Numbered from the stretch's first letter, positions 1 to 11,338 are shown. The stretch is DNA of 64,000 nucleotides from an uncultured delta proteobacterium (GCA_963816395.1 CAWFKQ010000004.1:64001-128000); one strand, 5' to 3'. Program-made: numbers and translations. The notes: generated by a model from the letters alone, not told the origin.

Positions 1-188
1 TGTCCGATGCTTTTCCCCTCCCCCAGCACCACCTCCGGCGCCCCCTGGCGCAGCTCCCGGTGATGGTCGATCAGGGCCACCCCGACATCCTCGAAAGGCA
101 GGGAGCGCAGGCGCTCCACGCCGCTTTCGACGGAAATCTCCCCGGCACGGATGGCGGCCAGCAGGTTTTGCAGTTCGGTAAGGTTCAT
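1..188 (-). CDS. larB: Nickel pincer cofactor biosynthesis protein LarB-like (AIR-carboxylase-related), 5' part only; runs off the window
   Basis: Manual translation from ATG at 188: MNLTELQNLLAAIRAGEISVESGVERLRSLPFEDVGVALIDHHRELRQGAPEVVLGEGKS; the PFED-G-A-IDHHR-LRQG-PEV-GEGK pattern is typical of LarB. Not in the ORF track. Confidence 0.75.
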   Translation of the reverse strand, partial: MNLTELQNLLAAIRAGEISVESGVERLRSLPFEDVGVALIDHHRELRQGAPEVVLGEGKSIG

Positions 189-322
189 GGCGACAGTTCA
201 GGATAAAAGGGCCAGGCCTGCGGCAGGAAACCAGCATAGCAGAGGATGGGGCCTTTTTAAAGCAGTTCCACACGGGCCTGGCCCACCCTAAAAGGATGAA
301 AATAGGGGCGTGCGTCGCTCCC

Positions 323-2600
323 CTATGGGGAAAGGCGATTGATGAAGACCTCGCGCGGCCGGCTGGTGCCGTCGGAAGGGCCGACGATCCCGTCCTGTTC
401 CATTTTCTCGATGATGCGCGCGGCCCGGTTGTAGCCGAGACGCAGGCGGCGCTGCAGCATGGAGATGGAGGCCTGGCGGGTTTCGGCGACGATGGCCACC
501 GCCTCGTCCCACTTCTCGTCGAGGCCGTCCTCCTCTTCGGTGCCGCCGCCTTCGCCGGCGGGAGGTGCCTCGAGGATCGATTTGTCGTACTCGGGCTCTC
601 CCTGCTTTTCCAGAAAATCAACCACCCGCTGCACTTCCAGTTCGGAAACGAAGGCGCCGTGCACCCGCTGCAGGGCGCCGGTGCCGGGCGGGAGGAAGAG
701 CATATCGCCCATTCCAAGCAGGGTTTCAGCTCCCATCTGGTCGAGAATGGTGCGCGAATCGATGCGGGAGAAGACCTTGAAGGAGATGCGGGTGGGGAAA
801 TTGGCCTTTATCAATCCGGTGATGACATCGACGCTCGGCCGCTGGGTGGCCAGGATCAGGTGGATGCCGGAGGCACGCGCCATTTGCGCCAGTCGGGCGA
901 TCGACTCCTCGATCTCGCGTCCCGCCACCATCATCAGGTCGGCCAGCTCATCGACGATGACCACGATGTAGGGGACATGGCCATGTTCCAGCACCTCCCC
1001 TTCCGCCAGCTCAATTTCCGGCAGAGCCTCCTCATCCGCTTCCACCGGTTCCACCACCAGCTGCCCGCGGGCTTTGAGCTCCTCCTTCTCCTTTTCCTCC
1101 TTGGCGATCTTCTTGTTGTACCCCTCGATATTGCGCACCCCCTTGTCGGCCATCAGCTTGTAGCGGCGCTCCATCTCCCGTACCGCCCAGGCCAGGGCCA
1201 GGGCGGCCTTCTTCGGATTGGTGACCACCGGCAGCAGCAGGTGGGGAATCCCCTCGTAGATGGAGAGCTCAAGCATTTTCGGATCGACCATGATGATCCG
1301 CACCTCCTGCGGGGTGGCGCGGTAGAGGAGAGAGAGAACCATGGTATTGATGGAAACCGACTTGCCGCTGCCGGTAGAGCCGGCAACCAGGAGGTGCGGC
1401 ATCTTGGCGAGATCGCCGACCACGGTGCGGCCGAAAATGTCCTTGCCCAGGGCCATCGGCAGCCGGCATCCCGATTTCTGAAACTCCTCCGACTCGAAAA
1501 TTTCCTTGAGATAGACCGTTTCCCGTCTCCTTGTTGGGAATCTCGATGCCGACCACGCCGCGGCCGGGAATGGGGGCGACGATGCGGATGGAGAGGGCCT
1601 TCAGCGCCATGGTCAGGTCGTCGGAGAGACCGGCGATCTTGTTCACCTTGACGCCCGGGGCGGGGGCAAACTCGTACATGGTGACCACCGGTCCCGGCTT
1701 GACCTCGACCACCTCGCCCTGGACACCGAAATCCTGAAGCTTCTTCTCCAGGATGCGGGCATTCATCATCAGGGAATCCCTGTCCACCGGCCGGGCCGCT
1801 TCCCCCTCATGGGCGAGCAGGCTCAGCGGGGGCTTGTGATAGGTTCCCTCCGGCTCCAGAAAATCGAAGACCACCTGCGCCGGCGCCTCCCCTTTTTTCT
1901 TCTTGCCGGGAGATTTGGCCGGGGCCGGCAGCTGTTTCGGCTCGGGGGCGGCGATCAGCAGCGCCGCAACCGGTCGCTCTTTTTTCGACGGTTTCTGCGC
2001 CTTCTTTGCTGCCCGCACCTCCCGCCGCTGCTCCAACACCTGGGCGCAGCGCTCCAGCAGCCCTTCGAGGAAGAGGACCATAGAGAAGCGGGCGGTGAGC
2101 ATCAGGGAGACCAGGAAGAAGACGAGAAGGAAAACGGTGGCGCCCGGGACGTTGAGCCAGGCGGCGAGAATATCCACCAGCAGCCGGCCGAGGGCGCCCC
2201 CGGCCTGCTGGATGGTCTGGCCGGCGAAGGCAACCTGCCGGAATTCAAGGGCGATCAGCCCGGAGAGGGAGAGCAGCAGCACCAGAAAAGCCGCCCCCTT
2301 GTACAGGTGCACCTTGACATCGCGGAACTTGAGGAGCCGCCAGGCGAAGAGGAAACAGGCAAAGGGAAGGAGATAGGCCGGCAGGCCGAACAGCTGCAGC
2401 AGCAGGTCGGCCAGGTGTGCCCCCACCACGCCGCCGAAATTGCGGATGACGGCCGGGTGCAGGTTGTTGTTGAAAGATGGATCGCCCTGATCGAAGGAAG
2501 TCAGGCAGATGAGCAGGAAAATTCCGGCCGCCAGCCAGAATACGCCGGCGATTTCCTTCTTCAGGTGCTCCCGGAGAAAAGGTTTCGGTTCCCTCGTCAT
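323..2600 (-). CDS. ftsK: DNA translocase FtsK (one apparent frameshift near 1525)
   Basis: ORF 1269-2600 gives the 4TM N-terminus and alpha domain up to GIEIPNK. ORF 323-1456 gives [39 protein letters not shown] and the gamma domain [21 protein letters not shown]. Confidence 0.96.
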
Positions 2601-2807
2601 AATTCAGGCCCTATGGGAATTTACCGTCTTTTCGCCGGAACCGGCTGCGTTACGCCGGTTCCACAAAAGGGCGGAATCAGGCTGCCCACTGGCAGCAGCA
2701 TGCGGATGTCTGAATGGCAACCGGCGTCAATCCCCGGCGCTCTTCAACTGGAAAAGATTGCAATAGTCGAGCCAGGGCGGCGGATGCCGGAAAAGCTTCA
2801 GGTCGAA

Positions 2808-4502
2808 TCAAAGCTCCAGGATAACCGGCAGAATCAGCGGCCGGCGCTGGATGGCGCGGTTGAAAAAGCGCTGCAGGGACTTGCGCACCTCGACCCGCAC
2901 CTCCTCCCAGTCGGAAATCGTCTCCAGCGAATGCTCGGCCAGCAGATCGCATACTACCTGCCGCGCTTGCTGGAGCAGCTCCCGGCTTTCCTCCTCGGGG
3001 ATGAAGCCGCGGGTAAAAAGCTCCGGGCCGTAAACGATCTCGCCGGTCGACTGGTTGAGGGCCAGAACCAGCATGGCCACGCCATGATTGGCCAGGTGCC
3101 GCCGATCGCGCAGTTCCATCGCCCCGACATCGCCGACTCCCTTGCCGTCGATGAAGACCCTGCCGGTCTCCACCCTTTCCTCCCGCTGCAGGCCATTGGC
3201 CGAAACGACCAGCGGCATACCGTTCTCCAGCACCACCGCATCAGCCTCGGCCATCCCCATTGCCCGGGCCAGACGGGCATGACGGACCAGGTGGCGGTAT
3301 TCGCCGTGGATGGGGACGAAATAGCGCGGGCGGACCAGGGAAAAAACCAGTTTGAGCTCCTCCTGCGAAGCATGGCCGGAGACGTGCACCTCGCTGGTGG
3401 TCTCGTAGAAAACCTCCGCCCCGCGCCGATACAGGTGATTGATCATATCGGTGATCGCCTTTTCATTCCCCGGGATGAACTTGGAGGAAAGGATCACCGA
3501 ATCTCCCGGCAGCACCTGGATCTGCTTGTGATCGTCCATGGCGATGCGGGAGAGGGCGGACAGTGGCTCCCCCTGACTGCCGGTGGTGAGGATCATCACC
3601 TTCTCCCGCGGCAGTTCGCGCGTGGTGCGCACGTCGATCAGCGCCTCATCGGGAATGTACAGATAGCCGAGCTGTCGGGCGATGGCGATGTTGGCTACCA
3701 TGCTGCGGCCGTTGACCAGGATCTTGCGGCCACAGGCGACGGCGGCATCGACGGCCTGCTGGATGCGGTGGATATTGGAGGAGAAGGTGGCAAGGAGAAC
3801 CTGCCCGGTACAGCGCGGCAGGATGGCGGCGAAGGCTTCCCCGACCACCCGCTCCGAGAGCGTGTATCCCTCCCTTTCCACGTTGGTGGAATCGGCCAGC
3901 AGCAGGAGCACTCCTTCCTGGCCATAGGCGGCGAGTCTGGCCAGGTCGGTCGGCTGCTGATCGACCGGCGTCTGGTCGAGCTTGAAATCGCCGGTGTGTA
4001 CCACCAGGCCGGCGGGGGTGTGGATGGCCAGCCCGACGCCGTCGACGATCGAATGGGCGGCGCGGAAGAATTCGATGCGGAAGGGACCGAGAACGATTTC
4101 CTGGCGCGGAAAGATGCGCTCCAGGCGGGCGGCGGCGTCCAGGCCGTGCTCCTCGAGCTTGCCCTGCAGCAGGCCGAGGGTCAGCCCGGTAGCGAAAATC
4201 GGCGGATAGCCGAGCTTCTCCAGCAGGTAAGGGACGGCCCCGATGTGGTCCTCGTGGCCATGGGTGAGGACCAGGCCGCGGATATCCCCGGTGCGGCCGG
4301 CCAGGGCCGAAATATCGGGGATGACCAGATCGATGCCGAGCATGTAAGCCTCGGGGAACATCAGGCCGCAGTCGACGAGGAGAATTTCTCCCCGACATTC
4401 CAGGGCCATCATGTTCAGCCCGATCTCTCCCAGCCCGCCCAAGGGGAGCAGGCGCAGGGCCTCGGGATGCAGAGGGGCAAGGGTCATGACGCGGTTTTCC
4501 AT
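2808..4502 (-). CDS. rnj: Ribonuclease J
   Basis: PLGGLGEIGLN, THGHEDHIG, HTGDFKLD, TGSQGEPLSAL and HVSGHASQEEL motifs; 564 aa. Confidence 0.96.
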   Translation of the reverse strand: MENRVMTLAPLHPEALRLLPLGGLGEIGLNMMALECRGEILLVDCGLMFPEAYMLGIDLVIPDISALAGRTGDIRGLVLTHGHEDHIGAVPYLLEKLGYPPIFATGLTLGLLQGKLEEHGLDAAARLERIFPRQEIVLGPFRIEFFRAAHSIVDGVGLAIHTPAGLVVHTGDFKLDQTPVDQQPTDLARLAAYGQEGVLLLLADSTNVEREGYTLSERVVGEAFAAILPRCTGQVLLATFSSNIHRIQQAVDAAVACGRKILVNGRSMVANIAIARQLGYLYIPDEALIDVRTTRELPREKVMILTTGSQGEPLSALSRIAMDDHKQIQVLPGDSVILSSKFIPGNEKAITDMINHLYRRGAEVFYETTSEVHVSGHASQEELKLVFSLVRPRYFVPIHGEYRHLVRHARLARAMGMAEADAVVLENGMPLVVSANGLQREERVETGRVFIDGKGVGDVGAMELRDRRHLANHGVAMLVLALNQSTGEIVYGPELFTRGFIPEEESRELLQQARQVVCDLLAEHSLETISDWEEVRVEVRKSLQRFFNRAIQRRPLILPVILEL

Positions 4503-4679
4503 GGCGAAAATGGTCCGTTGAATGGCTGGGGAATCGACTGTTCACCAGCCCATTGTGCAAGTGAATACGCCAGTCTACGAAAGAGGCAGCAGGGAGTCAA
4601 ACCTTTTTCCGAAAGGGCTTTACACCCCGGACGAATTTCGTTAGACTCGGAAAAATAACCTTTGAGGGGAGGCTTTCGA

Positions 4680-5138
4680 ATGTCGGTCAATAAAGTGATT
4701 CTGGTGGGAAATCTGGGCAAGGACCCGGAACTGCGCTATACTCCTTCCGGCGCTGCCGTGGCTACTTTTTCCCTGGCCACCTCCGAGCGTTACAAGGACA
4801 AAAGCGGCCAGATGCAGGAGAAAACCGAATGGCACAACATCGTCGTCTGGCGCAACCTGGCCGAGATCTGCGGCAAATATCTGCACAAGGGAAAACAGAT
4901 CTATATCGAGGGGCGGATCCAGACCCGTTCCTATGACGACCGCGACGGCAACAAACGCTACATGACCGAGATCGTCGCCGATCAGATGCAGATGCTCGGG
5001 CGGGCGGGTGAAGAAGGCGGGGGGGCTCCCCGCGAATCCCGTCCGGCGCGAAATCAGCCGACTGCCCAGGAAAGCACTCCCCCCTACGAGGATTTCGCCG
5101 ATCCTCCGTTCAATCCGGACGACGATATCCCCTTTTGA
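4680..5138 (+). CDS. ssb: Single-stranded DNA-binding protein
   Basis: [20 protein letters not shown]...TEWH, acidic tip DDDIPF; GGAGG RBS upstream of ATG 4680. Confidence 0.97.
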   Translation: MSVNKVILVGNLGKDPELRYTPSGAAVATFSLATSERYKDKSGQMQEKTEWHNIVVWRNLAEICGKYLHKGKQIYIEGRIQTRSYDDRDGNKRYMTEIVADQMQMLGRAGEEGGGAPRESRPARNQPTAQESTPPYEDFADPPFNPDDDIPF

Positions 5139-5148
5139 TTGAGTGGGT

Positions 5149-5715
5149 ATGCTGGAAGAGCGCAAAAGCCGACTCAAACAGGCCCTGAGTGACCCGGACG
5201 AAGAAGTCTGCCGTGCGGCCGCCGAAGCCTTGGAAATGCTGGAATCGGTCCAGGAACTGGATCGGATTCTGGCCAGTCTGGGCGGGGGCAGCCGCGGTCA
5301 GCGGGTGCAGGCCATTTTCGCCATGGAGCGGGTGAACTCGCCCCGCGTTTTCCCCCCTCTGCTGGAATGCCTCAGTCAAGCGGATCCAGATCTGCGGGCG
5401 GCCGCCGTTCAGGTGCTGGGGCGGAAAAAAAATCCTAAGGTCATCCCGAATCTGCTCCGGCACCTCAAGGATCCCCATCCGGCAGTACGGGTGCATGCCG
5501 CGGAGGCCCTCGGCAATTTTCCCGATCGGCGCCTGGTTCCCTATCTGGCCGCCGTACTGAAGGCGACGGATGGTGAACTGGTCTGCAGCGCCGTCCGGTC
5601 CCTCGGCGCCATCGGCGCTTCCGAGGGTGAGTCGCATCTGCTGCCGCTGGTTTCCGATCCCCGCGCCGCCGTGCGCCGTGAGGCGGTCAGGAGCCTGGGA
5701 CGGCTGAACCTCTGA
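5149..5715 (+). CDS. HEAT/PBS-lyase repeat protein
   Basis: Repeated L-D-D--VR-AA-EALG units (DPDEEVCRAAAEAL, DPHPAVRVHAAEALG, DPRAAVRREAVRSLG). Confidence 0.85.
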   Translation: MLEERKSRLKQALSDPDEEVCRAAAEALEMLESVQELDRILASLGGGSRGQRVQAIFAMERVNSPRVFPPLLECLSQADPDLRAAAVQVLGRKKNPKVIPNLLRHLKDPHPAVRVHAAEALGNFPDRRLVPYLAAVLKATDGELVCSAVRSLGAIGASEGESHLLPLVSDPRAAVRREAVRSLGRLNL

Positions 5716-5733
5716 AAAATTAGGAGAGAAATG

Positions 5734-5777
5734 TGAAACGTGAAACGCCGGCCCATGGGCCGGCGTTTCACGTTTCA
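5734..5777. terminator. Perfect 44-bp palindrome between convergent genes, probable bidirectional terminator
   Basis: TGAAACGTGAAACGCCGGCCCA|TGGGCCGGCGTTTCACGTTTCA is self-complementary; it overlaps the stop codon of the HD-GYP gene. Confidence 0.7.
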
Positions 5778-7109
5778 GTCAATATAGTCGGTGATTTCGA
5801 TTCCCTTGGTGTAAGGGTCAACCTCGGCGATGATGTGCGGTGGCTCCCCGCCGCTAAGCTCGATCCGCGGCGGTTCGTCCAATTGTCTGCCGGCGTTATC
5901 GAAAAGGATCTTGAGCCGGACCCGGTCGGGGTCCTTGGTATCCACCCACACCACCAGGCCGATCTCATTGTTTCCCAGGCGCACCAGGCTGCCGACCGGA
6001 TAGGTCCCCAGGGAAGTAATGAATGTCTCGATATACCCCGGATGCAGGTAATTCCCGGCGAGCCCGCGCAGCTTTCCGATTGCCCGGCGCGGAGTCATGG
6101 GGTGCTGATAGGAACGCAGAGTGGTCATGGCGTCATAGGTGTCGGCGATGGCCGCCATGTAGGTCAGGGGTGAGAGCTTCCGCTTGCGGGCGACGGCGGG
6201 GTAGCCAGATTGGTCGTAGCGGAGGTGATGCCCCAGAACGATGTCGATGACCTCGGTGGTGATTCCCTCCATCTGTTCCACCAATTCGGCGCCGGTGCCG
6301 GGATGCTTTCTGATTTCCTCGAATTCCTCTCGGTCAGCCGCCCCGGCTTGGTGATGATCGCCCTATCGATCTTGAGCTTGCCCAGGTCATGCAGCAGACT
6401 GCCCAGGCCGAGGGTGCGCAGGCGTTCTTCGGGCAGCCCGCAGGCCCGTCCCACTGCTAAAGCTATGACCGCCACGTTCACCGAATGGGTGAAGGTGTAA
6501 TTGTCATAGTCTTTGAGCATGGAAAGAGCGAACAGCGCATTTGGCTCGATCAGCGTCACTTGGGCCATGCTCTTCACCACATTGATCGCCTCAGTGGAGG
6601 AGGGAATGCGGCCCAGGCGTACATCCTCGAAGATATTTTCCATTACCCGCAAGGCCCGGTTGTAGACCTTACGGGGGCGTTTCTCTTCTCCTCCTCCTTT
6701 CGGCTTCCCTGGTGACGGCGTGGATATCCATGACACCGCCTGCCGCCAGTTGCTGATTCACCGCTTCGCCACGGGCGTTCCCCGCCAGCAGCAGGGAGAA
6801 CAGGATCTGCAGCTGGCCGCTGGTGAGACCGGAGCGGAAGAGGAAGCCATCGAGCTGAAAATCCTGTAGCAGACGACCGATTTCCACGGCAGCGGGGGTG
6901 GTCTGGACGAACAGGTAATCTTCCAGAAAAAGAGTTCCCTCCAGCAGCCCCAACCTGACCTCCCCCCGGTTCTGGCAGAGGGTGAGCAGCCCGGTCAGCA
7001 GGCTCTGCACCTGACGCTCTATGGCGGGGTGCTGAAAGGGGTAGAGCCGCAGCCCCTGAAAAGTGGCGGCGAAGGCCTGGATGATCTGCTTATATGTTTC
7101 CCGATCCAT
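5775..7109 (-). CDS. HD-GYP cyclic-dinucleotide phosphodiesterase (two apparent frameshifts, near 6690 and 6325)
   Basis: Three overlapping ORFs join: YTFTHSVNV, LLHDLGK, HHLRYDQSGYP, AIADTYDAMTTLRSYQ, YPVGSLVRL. Confidence 0.9.
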
Positions 7110-8718
7110 TTTCCTTGATCTTCCCGAGATGCTTCAGGGATTGACCCGCCGCCCGCGCCACCGCCTCCGAGCGGTCTTCGGTTGCGTCCCGGAGTGCCGG
7201 CAGAGAGGCGGGGCTGCCGATTTCCCCCAGGGCCGCGGCGGCGGCGGCGCGCAGAGTGTTGAACATCCCCCGCCCGAAAAACCGGCGCCGCTTGAGGAGG
7301 GTAATCAGTGCGGGTACCGCTTCGGGGGCGCCGATTTCCCCCAGGGCCTTGATCGCCCCTTTCTTCAGCTCGATTCGCTTCCCGAGGGGGTCCGGACGGC
7401 CGATTAATTTCAGCAGAGTCGGGATGGCCTCCCGGTTTTTCATGGCTCCCAGGGAAAGCAGGGCCTGGCGGCCGAGGGAGGAATCATCACCCTCGACCAG
7501 GGAGAGAAGAATCCCCACCGCCCGAGGGCCGCCGATTTTGGTCAGGGCTCGAACCGATTCCCGGGCTACCCGCACATCGCGGTGGTGCAGCAGGGGAGGG
7601 AGAAGGACAGCGGCACTTGGGTCACGGATCTCCCCGAGGATGGACACCGCATTGCGAACCACGAACCAGCGCGGATCGGCGAGAAATTCGGTCAGGATCG
7701 GGGCCGCCGGCGTACCTTGGCGGATTATGGCCTCGATCAGCAGTCGGCGGGCCAGAAGATCCTTTTCCCGAGCCAATCGGTCCATCAGATGGCGGACGGT
7801 TTTCTCCGGGTAAAAGGCGAGCAGGGGGAAGATCTGTGCCCGGATTTCCGCCGCAACGCCCCGGGTGCACAGGAAGTCGATCAGGCTCTCGCAGATTTCC
7901 TCGGAAAATAGCTGCTCCAGCGCCTGCCCGGCCAGCCCGCGCCGCAGGACCGAGTGCTCAGTGGCGATAGTGTCCAGATGTAGCAGAAAGAGCGCCTCCA
8001 GGACCAGGTAGTGGTCCCCGTCGGCCTGGGCGGTCCGGATCAGAGGAGGCAATTCCTGCAGCAGCAGCCGGTATTGTGGATCGGAATTCTCCCCCCGCAA
8101 CGCCTTGAGCACGGTTTCAAGGTCTCGTTCCCGTTCCCCCTCCCCGTCCTGGCCGCCGGTTTCCAGCAGCCGCTCCAGGTCTTCCTCTAGCCCTTTTTCG
8201 CCGCCGGGCAGCTGTTCTTTCTGCGCTTCCAGTTCGGCCCGGCGCTCGTGGATCAAGGCCAGGTCGGTCTCGTTCACCCAGATGGTGGAAATTCGCGCCC
8301 GGGCAAGAATGCCGGCCATCCCTCCATGTTCGTGAACGGCCTGCAGCCCCAGCCCCAGGCAACGGGCGAAGGACAGCAGATCGCGGACGGTCAGCTCCGG
8401 TAGCAGGAGCAGGGTCTGCACCCGTCGAGCAAAAAGATGATGGGAGAGTTTCTTCAACAGGGGACTGCTGGCGGCAACCGGTTGCTCCTGCAGCAGCATT
8501 CCCTCCTTGCGGACGGTAATCGACAGCACTTCATTTCCCGTCAGCAAGGGGGTGAAGCTCTGCCGCGCTTGTTCCGCTGCTGCGGCCAGGGCAGGGTGGC
8601 GGGCAGGGTAGTAACCAGCCGCCTTGAGAAGCTTGGCGAGCTTCAGGAGAGCCTCTTCGAGGAGCCGCTGCCGGTCAGCGGGGTGACTGTATTCATCTTG
8701 ACGGGGCAGTTCTGTCAT
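7090..8718 (-). CDS. HEAT-repeat protein with a YPxxHP N-terminal domain
   Basis: C-terminal HEAT repeats (DPRWFVVRNAVSILGEI, HRDVRVARESVRALTKIG); overlaps the HD-GYP start. Confidence 0.85.
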   Translation of the reverse strand: MTELPRQDEYSHPADRQRLLEEALLKLAKLLKAAGYYPARHPALAAAAEQARQSFTPLLTGNEVLSITVRKEGMLLQEQPVAASSPLLKKLSHHLFARRVQTLLLLPELTVRDLLSFARCLGLGLQAVHEHGGMAGILARARISTIWVNETDLALIHERRAELEAQKEQLPGGEKGLEEDLERLLETGGQDGEGERERDLETVLKALRGENSDPQYRLLLQELPPLIRTAQADGDHYLVLEALFLLHLDTIATEHSVLRRGLAGQALEQLFSEEICESLIDFLCTRGVAAEIRAQIFPLLAFYPEKTVRHLMDRLAREKDLLARRLLIEAIIRQGTPAAPILTEFLADPRWFVVRNAVSILGEIRDPSAAVLLPPLLHHRDVRVARESVRALTKIGGPRAVGILLSLVEGDDSSLGRQALLSLGAMKNREAIPTLLKLIGRPDPLGKRIELKKGAIKALGEIGAPEAVPALITLLKRRRFFGRGMFNTLRAAAAAALGEIGSPASLPALRDATEDRSEAVARAAGQSLKHLGKIKENGSGNI

Positions 8719-8787
8719 GCAGATAAAATAGCCGCTTGCGGCTGGGATGTAAATTGATTTCCACCCTGCCGGGAGAGGGAATCCGGA

Positions 8788-10628
8788 TCAGGTTCGTTCT
8801 TCACCCGAAAGCTCTTCCACCACACAGAAACCATTGTCCTGGATCCCCTGGCCCGGCGACTGGTACATCCCCTCCAGTACCTGGCGGTAGCGTTCGCACA
8901 CCAGGTTACGGCGGACCTTGAGAGTCGGGGTGATCTCCTGGTGGTTAAAGTCGCTGGAGAGGAGAGTGAAGCGCTTGATCCGCTGAAAAGACGTCAGGTT
9001 CGCCTGCAGGCGGTCGACCCGCTCCCGGATCAGCCGCAGGATTTGGGCGTGCTTGACCATCTCGCAGGAATCGGCGAATTGCAGGGCATTCTCGCGGGCG
9101 AAGGCTTCCAGTTTTTCCAGATGGGGGACGAGCAGGGCGGTAAGGTACGGCTTGCGGTCACCGTAAACCATCGCATTGGCAATAAAGGGATCGTTCTTGA
9201 GCAGGTTCTCCAGAAACTGTGGGGCGATGTTTTCACCGCCGGCGGTAACGATCAGATCCTTCTTGCGGTCGGTGATAGAGAGAAAACCATCCGCATCGAA
9301 GGCGCCAAGATCTCCGGTGCGAAACCAGCCGTCGGCGGTGAAGGCCTCCGCCGTCTCCGCGGGCCGTTTCCAATAACCGGAAAAGACCGCCGGCCCCCGG
9401 ATGATTTATTTCGTTGTCTTCGGCAATGCGGATTTCCGTATCGGGAAAAGGCCTGCCGACAGTTCCCAGGCGGCAAGCCTGCGGCGTATTGACGGCGATG
9501 CCACCGGCCGTTTCGGTCAGGCCGTAGCCCTCGAAAATATGGATATCCGCGGCCAAAAAGAATTCGGCAATTTCCCGGCTGAGCGGGGCTCCGCCGGAAA
9601 TGAAGAAACGCAAGCGTCCCCCCAGGCGCTCTTTCAACTTGGCAAACACCAACCGCTGCGCCAGGGATGCGGCGATGCGCAGTAACGGACCCGACCGCTG
9701 GCCGGTCAGGCGCCGGCGGGCGTCGGCGCGGCCGATCCGCAGGGCGGCGAAGAAGAGCCGCCGGCGGTGCCAGGGAGCGGACTGGACCCGCTCCAGCATC
9801 TCGGGCGTACATTTTTTCATAGAGGCGGGGGACACTGATCATCACCGTCGGCTGCGTCTCGAGCATATTGGCCGGTACCGTCTCCAGGCTCTCGGCATAG
9901 GCAATTACTACTTCCCGGTAGAGCATGAAATAGTAACCGTCCACCCGTTCGAAAACATGGGAGAGGGGGAGAAACGAGAGACACGAATCGCCCGGCCCGA
10001 TGTCGAACAGCCGTTCGCAGGCATTGACGTTGGACAGGATATTCCGGTGGGTCAGCGCCACCCCTTTGGGGACGCCAGTGGTTCCGGAGGTATAGATCAA
10101 GGTGGCTGTTTCTTCCGCCGAGCCCATTTCGAGGCGCTGTTCCAGCGTGTTCGCCGGCACCTGCTCGGCGCCGGCGAGGAAGTCCCGCAGGGACAGCGCC
10201 CGGGGATCACCGGGGTCGCCCTGCAGCAGAATAATCCGCTCCAACTGTGGCACTTCACCGGCCTGCGCCAGGATCTTGCCCACCATCTCGGGGTTGTGCA
10301 GGAAAAGAAAACGGCTTGCCGAATCCCGCAGGATGTGGAGAACGGCCTGGAGCCCCTCGGTGTGGTAAATGGAGACGGTCAGGCCGCCGCCGGCCATCGT
10401 TCCCAGGTCGGCACAGACCCAATCCGGCCCGTTGGGAGCCATGATCGCCACCCGGTTGCCGCGGGCCAGTCCCAGTTGCAGCAGCCCTCTGCCGAAGCGA
10501 CGGACACGGGCTTCGAGGGCTTCCCAGGAAATGTCGCGAAAATCCTTCCCCTGCTTGTGCCGCAGGGCGGGTCGGGCGCATCGCTGGGCGGCCAATTCGA
10601 CTACCAATTGCGGAATGGTCTGATTCAT
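8788..10628 (-). CDS. Long-chain fatty-acid--CoA ligase (AMP-dependent synthetase), several apparent frameshifts
   Basis: YTSGTTGVPKG, FLPLSHVFER, SGGAPL, EGYGLTET and TPTLKVRR are spread over ORFs 9252-10721, 9233-9835 and 8788-9171. Confidence 0.9.
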
Positions 10629-10720
10629 GGCATCCTCATGTTTTCCCTTTTCATTATAGCCCGGGTCGACCCGGGAATGACAGCCGCCGCACTGCCGCCG
10701 GCTGGTGAAGGAAAGTGCCA

Positions 10721-11338
10721 ATGGTCCTTGGGGTAACGGGCGGTATAGCCGCCGGCAAGAGCGCCGTCACGGAAGTTTTTCGCCGCCTGGGGGCGGCGGT
10801 AGTCAGCGCGGACGAAATCGCCCGCGAGGTTGTCCGGCCAGGTTCGCCGGTGCTCGATGAACTGGTGCAGATCTTCGGGCCGGGGATTCTCTGCGGAGAC
10901 GGCACTCTGGACCGCACGGCCATGGCCTCACGCGTCTTTGCCGATCCGGAGGCCCGCCGAAATCTGAACCGGATCATCCACCCGGCAATCGCCGCCCTCG
11001 CCGGGGAGCGCCTGCGAGCGTTAGCCGCCAAGGTGCCGCTGGTGCTTTATGAGGCGCCGCTTCTCTATGAGGTCGGCGCTGAAGAGCGAGTCGATGCCGT
11101 CCTGGTCGTCCGCGTCGACCAGAAGCTGCAGCTGCAGAGGCTCATGGCGCGGGACGGGTTGACCGAGACCGAGGCGCGGAGCCGGGTGGCTGCGCAGATG
11201 CCGCAGGAGGAGAAAGTCGCCCGGGCGGATTTCGTGATCGACAACTCCGGTCCGCCGGAAAAGACGACGGCACAGGTCCGGAACCTGTTCAAGCGTCTTT
11301 CGGCGCTCTCCCCTCCAGATTCCCCAGAAAGCCGATAA
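10721..11338 (+). CDS. coaE: Dephospho-CoA kinase
   Basis: GVTGGIAAGKS P-loop, LDR, IIHPAI, PLLYE, RLMARD, ADFVIDNSG. Confidence 0.95.
   Translation: MVLGVTGGIAAGKSAVTEVFRRLGAAVVSADEIAREVVRPGSPVLDELVQIFGPGILCGDGTLDRTAMASRVFADPEARRNLNRIIHPAIAALAGERLRALAAKVPLVLYEAPLLYEVGAEERVDAVLVVRVDQKLQLQRLMARDGLTETEARSRVAAQMPQEEKVARADFVIDNSGPPEKTTAQVRNLFKRLSALSPPDSPESR

Noticed and set aside
323..2600. ftsK, priA, truD and others as pseudogenes or programmed frameshifts
   Set aside because: Essential genes are affected, there is no consistent slippery site, and indels occur throughout the window.
1809..4658. 949-aa plus-strand ORF, and similar long ORFs such as 56073-59474 and 59484-61565
   Set aside because: Antisense shadows of ftsK/rnj, treY and the GH57 gene, typical of high-GC codon bias; no motifs.
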